From IMG/VR virus record IMGVR_UViG_3300045988_087939: 17,676 nucleotides of DNA; one strand, given 5' to 3'. A program made the translations under genes and the position numbers. Source of the DNA: a virus (taxonomy: Duplodnaviria > Heunggongvirae > Uroviricota > Caudoviricetes). The number at the start of each line of letters is the position of its first letter. The stretch's first letter is position 1. Below the pieces are notes generated by a model that was not told the origin of the DNA, ran no database searches, and was given only the letters and a program-made list of their open reading frames with translations. This document shows, piece after piece, positions 14,465-17,676 of the stretch.

Positions 14465-15572
14465 CAATGTAAAATTACAGGTATTGCTCAGGGCTGTTGA
14501 CCAGGCATCCCGCCCGTTTAAATCCATCCGCACAGCGAGCAAGTCGCTGTCGGGGGATATCCGGGAAACACAAAAATCACTGCGCGAGCTGAATGGTCAC
14601 GCATCCCGTATTGAGGGATTTCGCAAGACCAGCGCACAGCTCGCCGTGACTGGTCATGCACTTGAAAAGGCACGGCAGGAGGCCGAAGCCCTTGCCACAC
14701 AGTTTAAAAACACTGAACGTCCGACCCGTGCTCAGGCGAAAGTGCTGGAATCCGCAAAGCGTGCGGCGGAGGACTTACAGGCGAAATATAACCGCCTGAT
14801 AGATTCCGTTAAACGCCAGCAGCGGGAACTGGCCGCTGTGGGAATTAATACCCGCAATCTTGCACATGATGAGCAGGGACTGAAAAACCGTATCAGTGAA
14901 ACCACCGCACAGCTTAACCGTCAGCGTGATGCGCTGGCGCGTGTCAGTGCGCAACAGGCAAAACTTAACGCAGTAAAACAGCGTTATCAGGCCGGAAAGG
15001 AACTGGCCGGAAATATGGCCTCAGTGGGCGCTGCCGGTGTGGGGATTGCGGCGGCGGGAACGATGGCCGGAGTTAAGTTGCTGATGCCCGGTTATGAGTT
15101 TGCGCAGAAAAACTCAGAATTGCAGGCCGTGCTCGGAGTGGCAAAAGACTCCGCCGAAATGACCGCACTACGCAAACAGGCGCGCCAGCTCGGCGACAAT
15201 ACCGCCGCCTCGGCGGATGATGCGGCCGGTGCACAGATAATCATCGCGAAAGCGGGTGGGGATGTTGATGCCATTCAGGCGGCAACGCCGGTCACGCTGA
15301 ATATGGCGCTGGCGAACCGCCGCACGATGGAAGAAAACGCCGCCCTGCTGATGGGGATGAAATCCGCCTTTCAGCTTTCAAACGATAAGGTCGCTCATAT
15401 CGGGGATGTTCTCTCCATGACGATGAACAAAACCGCCGCCGATTTTGACGGCATGAGCGATGCGCTGACCTATGCCGCACCTGTGGCAAAAAATGCCGGT
15501 GTCAGCATTGAAGAAACCGCCGCAATGGTCGGGGCGCTGCATGATGCAAAAATCACAGGCTCAATGTGTTAA
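14457..15572 (+). CDS. T: Tail tape measure protein (P2 gpT-like), N-terminal fragment; reading frame ends prematurely
   Basis: 371-aa ORF, helical and Ala/Gln-rich as tape measure proteins are. Ends at TAA 15570-15572; the protein continues in another frame (next feature). Confidence 0.8.
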   Translation: MSNNVKLQVLLRAVDQASRPFKSIRTASKSLSGDIRETQKSLRELNGHASRIEGFRKTSAQLAVTGHALEKARQEAEALATQFKNTERPTRAQAKVLESAKRAAEDLQAKYNRLIDSVKRQQRELAAVGINTRNLAHDEQGLKNRISETTAQLNRQRDALARVSAQQAKLNAVKQRYQAGKELAGNMASVGAAGVGIAAAGTMAGVKLLMPGYEFAQKNSELQAVLGVAKDSAEMTALRKQARQLGDNTAASADDAAGAQIIIAKAGGDVDAIQAATPVTLNMALANRRTMEENAALLMGMKSAFQLSNDKVAHIGDVLSMTMNKTAADFDGMSDALTYAAPVAKNAGVSIEETAAMVGALHDAKITGSMC

Positions 15573-16918
15573 GCCGCCTGCAGGTACCGACGGGAAAAGC
15601 ATGGGATGCTCTCAAAGAGCTTGGAGTGAAAACCTCAGACAGCAAAGGAAACTCCCGGTCAATATTTACCATTCTGAAAGAAATGCAGGCCAGTTTTGAG
15701 AAAAACCGGCTCGGTACTGCCCAGCAGGCTGAATACATGAAAACTATTTTCGGGGAGGAGGCCAGCTCAGCCGCCGCCGTGCTGATGACTGCCGCCTCAA
15801 CCGGAAAGCTGGACAAACTGACCGCTGCGTTTAAAGCCTCAGACGGGAAGACCGCCGAGCTGGTAAATATCATGCAGGACAACCTAGGCGGTGACTTTAA
15901 AGAGTTTCAGTCCGCTTATGAGGCGGTGGGGACTGACCTGTTTGACCAGCAGGAAGGCGCGCTGCGTAAGCTCACGCAGACGGCCACAAAGTATGTGTTA
16001 AAACTCGACGGCTGGATACAGAAAAACAAATCACTGGCGTCAACCATCGGCATCATTGTCGGTGGTGCACTGGCGCTGACTGGTGTCATCAGTGCCATTG
16101 GCCTCGTAGCCTGGCCGGTTATCACCGGCATTAATGCCATCATCGCGGCAGCAGGCGCAATGGGTGCAATCTTCACGACGGTTGGCAGTGCCGTTATGAC
16201 GGCCATCGGGGCGATTAGCTGGCCGGTTGTGGCTGGGGGGGGCGGCCATTGCGGCCGGGGGGTGGTTTTAGTGCCTGCCGCCATTGTCGCCGGGGCGTTG
16301 CTTATCCGTAAATACTGGGAGCCTGTCAGCGCATTCTTTGGCGGTGTGGTTGAAGGGCTGAAAGCGGCATTTGCGCCGGTGAGGGAGCTGTTCACGCCAC
16401 TGAAACCGGTGTTTGACTGGCTGGGCGAAAAGTTACAGGCCGCGTGGCAGTGGTTTAAAAATCTGATTGCCCCGGTTAAAGCCACACAGGACACCCTGAA
16501 CCGTTGCCGTGACACGGGGGTCATGTTCGGGCAGGCACTGGCTGACGCGCTGATGCTGCCGCTTAATGCGTTCAACAAACTGCGCAGCGGTATTGACTGG
16601 GTACTGGAAAAACTCGGGGTTATCAACAAAGAGTCAGACACACTTGACCAGACCGCCGCCAGAACTCATGCCGCCACGTATGGCACCGGTGGTTATATTC
16701 CGGCGACCAGCTCTTATGCATGTTATCAGGCTTATCAGCCGGTTACGGCACCGGCTGGCCGCTCTTATGTGGACCAGAGTAAAAACGAATATCACATCAG
16801 CCTGACGGGTGGTACTGCGCCGGGGACACAGCTTGACCGCCAGTTACAGGATGCGCTCGAAAAATACGAGCGGGATAAACGTGCGCGCGCCCGTGCCAGC
16901 ATGATGCATGACGGTTAA
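15566..16918 (+). CDS. T: Tail tape measure protein (P2 gpT-like), C-terminal fragment in a different frame
   Basis: 450-aa ORF whose frame is open from 15545 and has no ATG near its start. The two fragments together total about 819 aa, close to the ~815 aa I recall for P2 gpT. Contains Gly/Ala-rich hydrophobic segments. Confidence 0.75.
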   Translation: MLSRLQVPTGKAWDALKELGVKTSDSKGNSRSIFTILKEMQASFEKNRLGTAQQAEYMKTIFGEEASSAAAVLMTAASTGKLDKLTAAFKASDGKTAELVNIMQDNLGGDFKEFQSAYEAVGTDLFDQQEGALRKLTQTATKYVLKLDGWIQKNKSLASTIGIIVGGALALTGVISAIGLVAWPVITGINAIIAAAGAMGAIFTTVGSAVMTAIGAISWPVVAGGGGHCGRGVVLVPAAIVAGALLIRKYWEPVSAFFGGVVEGLKAAFAPVRELFTPLKPVFDWLGEKLQAAWQWFKNLIAPVKATQDTLNRCRDTGVMFGQALADALMLPLNAFNKLRSGIDWVLEKLGVINKESDTLDQTAARTHAATYGTGGYIPATSSYACYQAYQPVTAPAGRSYVDQSKNEYHISLTGGTAPGTQLDRQLQDALEKYERDKRARARASMMHDG

Positions 16919-16932
16919 GGAGGTGACGAAAA

Positions 16933-17412
16933 ATGATGCTCGCGTTAGGTATGTTTGTTTTTATGCGCCAGACGCTGCCACACCAGACCATGCAGCGTGA
17001 ATCAGATTATCGCTGGCCGTCAAATTCCCGTATCGGCAAACGGGATGCCTTTCAATTTCTCGGTGTGGGTGAGGAAAACATCACGCTTGCCGGTGTGCTT
17101 TATCCCGAACTGACCGGCGGAAAGCTGACGATGACCACGCTCAGGCTGATGGCTGAGGAAGGCCGGGCGTGGCCGTTGCTGGATGGCACTGGCATGATTT
17201 ACGGCATGTATGTCATCAGCAAGGTGAGTGAAACAGGGAGTATTTTCTTTGCAGACGGCACACCCCGAAAAATTGATTTTACGCTGTCGCTCACCCGCGT
17301 TGATGAATCACTGGCCGCGCTGTATGGCGATATCGGTAAACAGGCGGAATCGCTCATCGGTAAGGCTGGCAGTATGGCGACCAGATTCACGGGGATGACG
17401 GGGGCGGGATAA
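16933..17412 (+). CDS. U: Tail protein U (P2 gpU-like)
   Basis: 159 aa, the length of P2 gpU. SD AAGGAGGTG precedes it. Its stop overlaps the D start. Confidence 0.88.
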   Translation: MMLALGMFVFMRQTLPHQTMQRESDYRWPSNSRIGKRDAFQFLGVGEENITLAGVLYPELTGGKLTMTTLRLMAEEGRAWPLLDGTGMIYGMYVISKVSETGSIFFADGTPRKIDFTLSLTRVDESLAALYGDIGKQAESLIGKAGSMATRFTGMTGAG

Positions 17413-17676
17413 TGTTGGATGCGCTGACATTTGATGCAGGCAGTACGCTGACGCCGGATTACATGCTGATGCTCGACAGCAGGGATATTACCGGCAATAT
17501 CAGCGACCGTCTGATGAGCATGACCCTGACGGATAACCGGGGCTTTGAGGCTGACCAGCTTGATATTGAACTGAACGATGCCGACGGGCAGGTCGGGCTG
17601 CCGGTTCGTGGCGCTGTCCTGACGGTGTATATCGGCTGGGGAGGGGTGTTGCTTGGTTGGTCACGGCAGGAATTTC
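17412..17676 (+). CDS. D: Tail protein D (P2 gpD-like), N-terminal part; 3' end lies outside the window
   Basis: ATG at 17412 overlaps the U stop (TAATG). The frame is open to the window end (MLDALTFDAGSTLTPDYMLMLDSRDITGNISDRLMSMTLTDNRGFEADQLDIELNDADGQ…). Position matches P2 gene D. Confidence 0.8.
   Translation, partial: MLDALTFDAGSTLTPDYMLMLDSRDITGNISDRLMSMTLTDNRGFEADQLDIELNDADGQVGLPVRGAVLTVYIGWGGVLLGWSRQEF

Noticed and set aside
15916-16641. 241-aa reverse-strand ORF inside the tape measure gene
   Set aside because: Antisense to T with a Pro/Ala/Ser-rich low-complexity product; a high-GC antisense artefact.
1-17676. Searched for CRISPR arrays, tRNA/rRNA genes, integrase or transposase genes and attachment-site repeats
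   Set aside because: No direct-repeat/spacer periodicity, no recognisable tRNA cloverleaf and no recombinase-like ORF were found. The cargo segments are flanked by phage genes without evident direct repeats, consistent with moron acquisition by illegitimate or homologous recombination rather than an IS element.

Overview
This window is the late (lysis, baseplate, tail-fiber, tail) gene block of a P2-like enterobacterial prophage, running from the 3' end of the small terminase gene M to the 5' end of gene D. The backbone is high in G+C (about 55-62% in 60-nt lines I sampled), is transcribed left to right, and is syntenic with P2: M-L-X-Y-K-lysA-lysB-lysC-R-S | V-W-J-I-H-G | FI-FII-E/E'-T-U-D. 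Calls rest on synteny, ORF lengths and recalled similarity to P2 proteins; no search was run. Two AT-rich cargo insertions (about 25-43% G+C in sampled lines) sit at the junctions where P2-like phages are known to vary. The first, between G and FI (the P2 Z/fun position, a described anti-phage defence hotspot), is a 537-aa ABC-type ATPase fused to a Toprim/DUF4435-like domain, with its own Shine-Dalgarno and a downstream intrinsic terminator; this is the strongest candidate for an anti-phage defence gene (OLD-like or fused PARIS-like). The second, between S and V (the P2 orf30 position), is a reverse-strand 261-aa protein with three predicted transmembrane segments and no recognisable domain. 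Other observations: the tape measure gene T is split by a frameshift; two G-runs inside T look like a compensated indel pair; the conserved E/E' -1 slippery site is present; the tail fiber gene H carries about 3.6 copies of a 132-bp repeat and a low-GC receptor-binding segment. No tRNA, rRNA, CRISPR array, integrase or transposase was seen.
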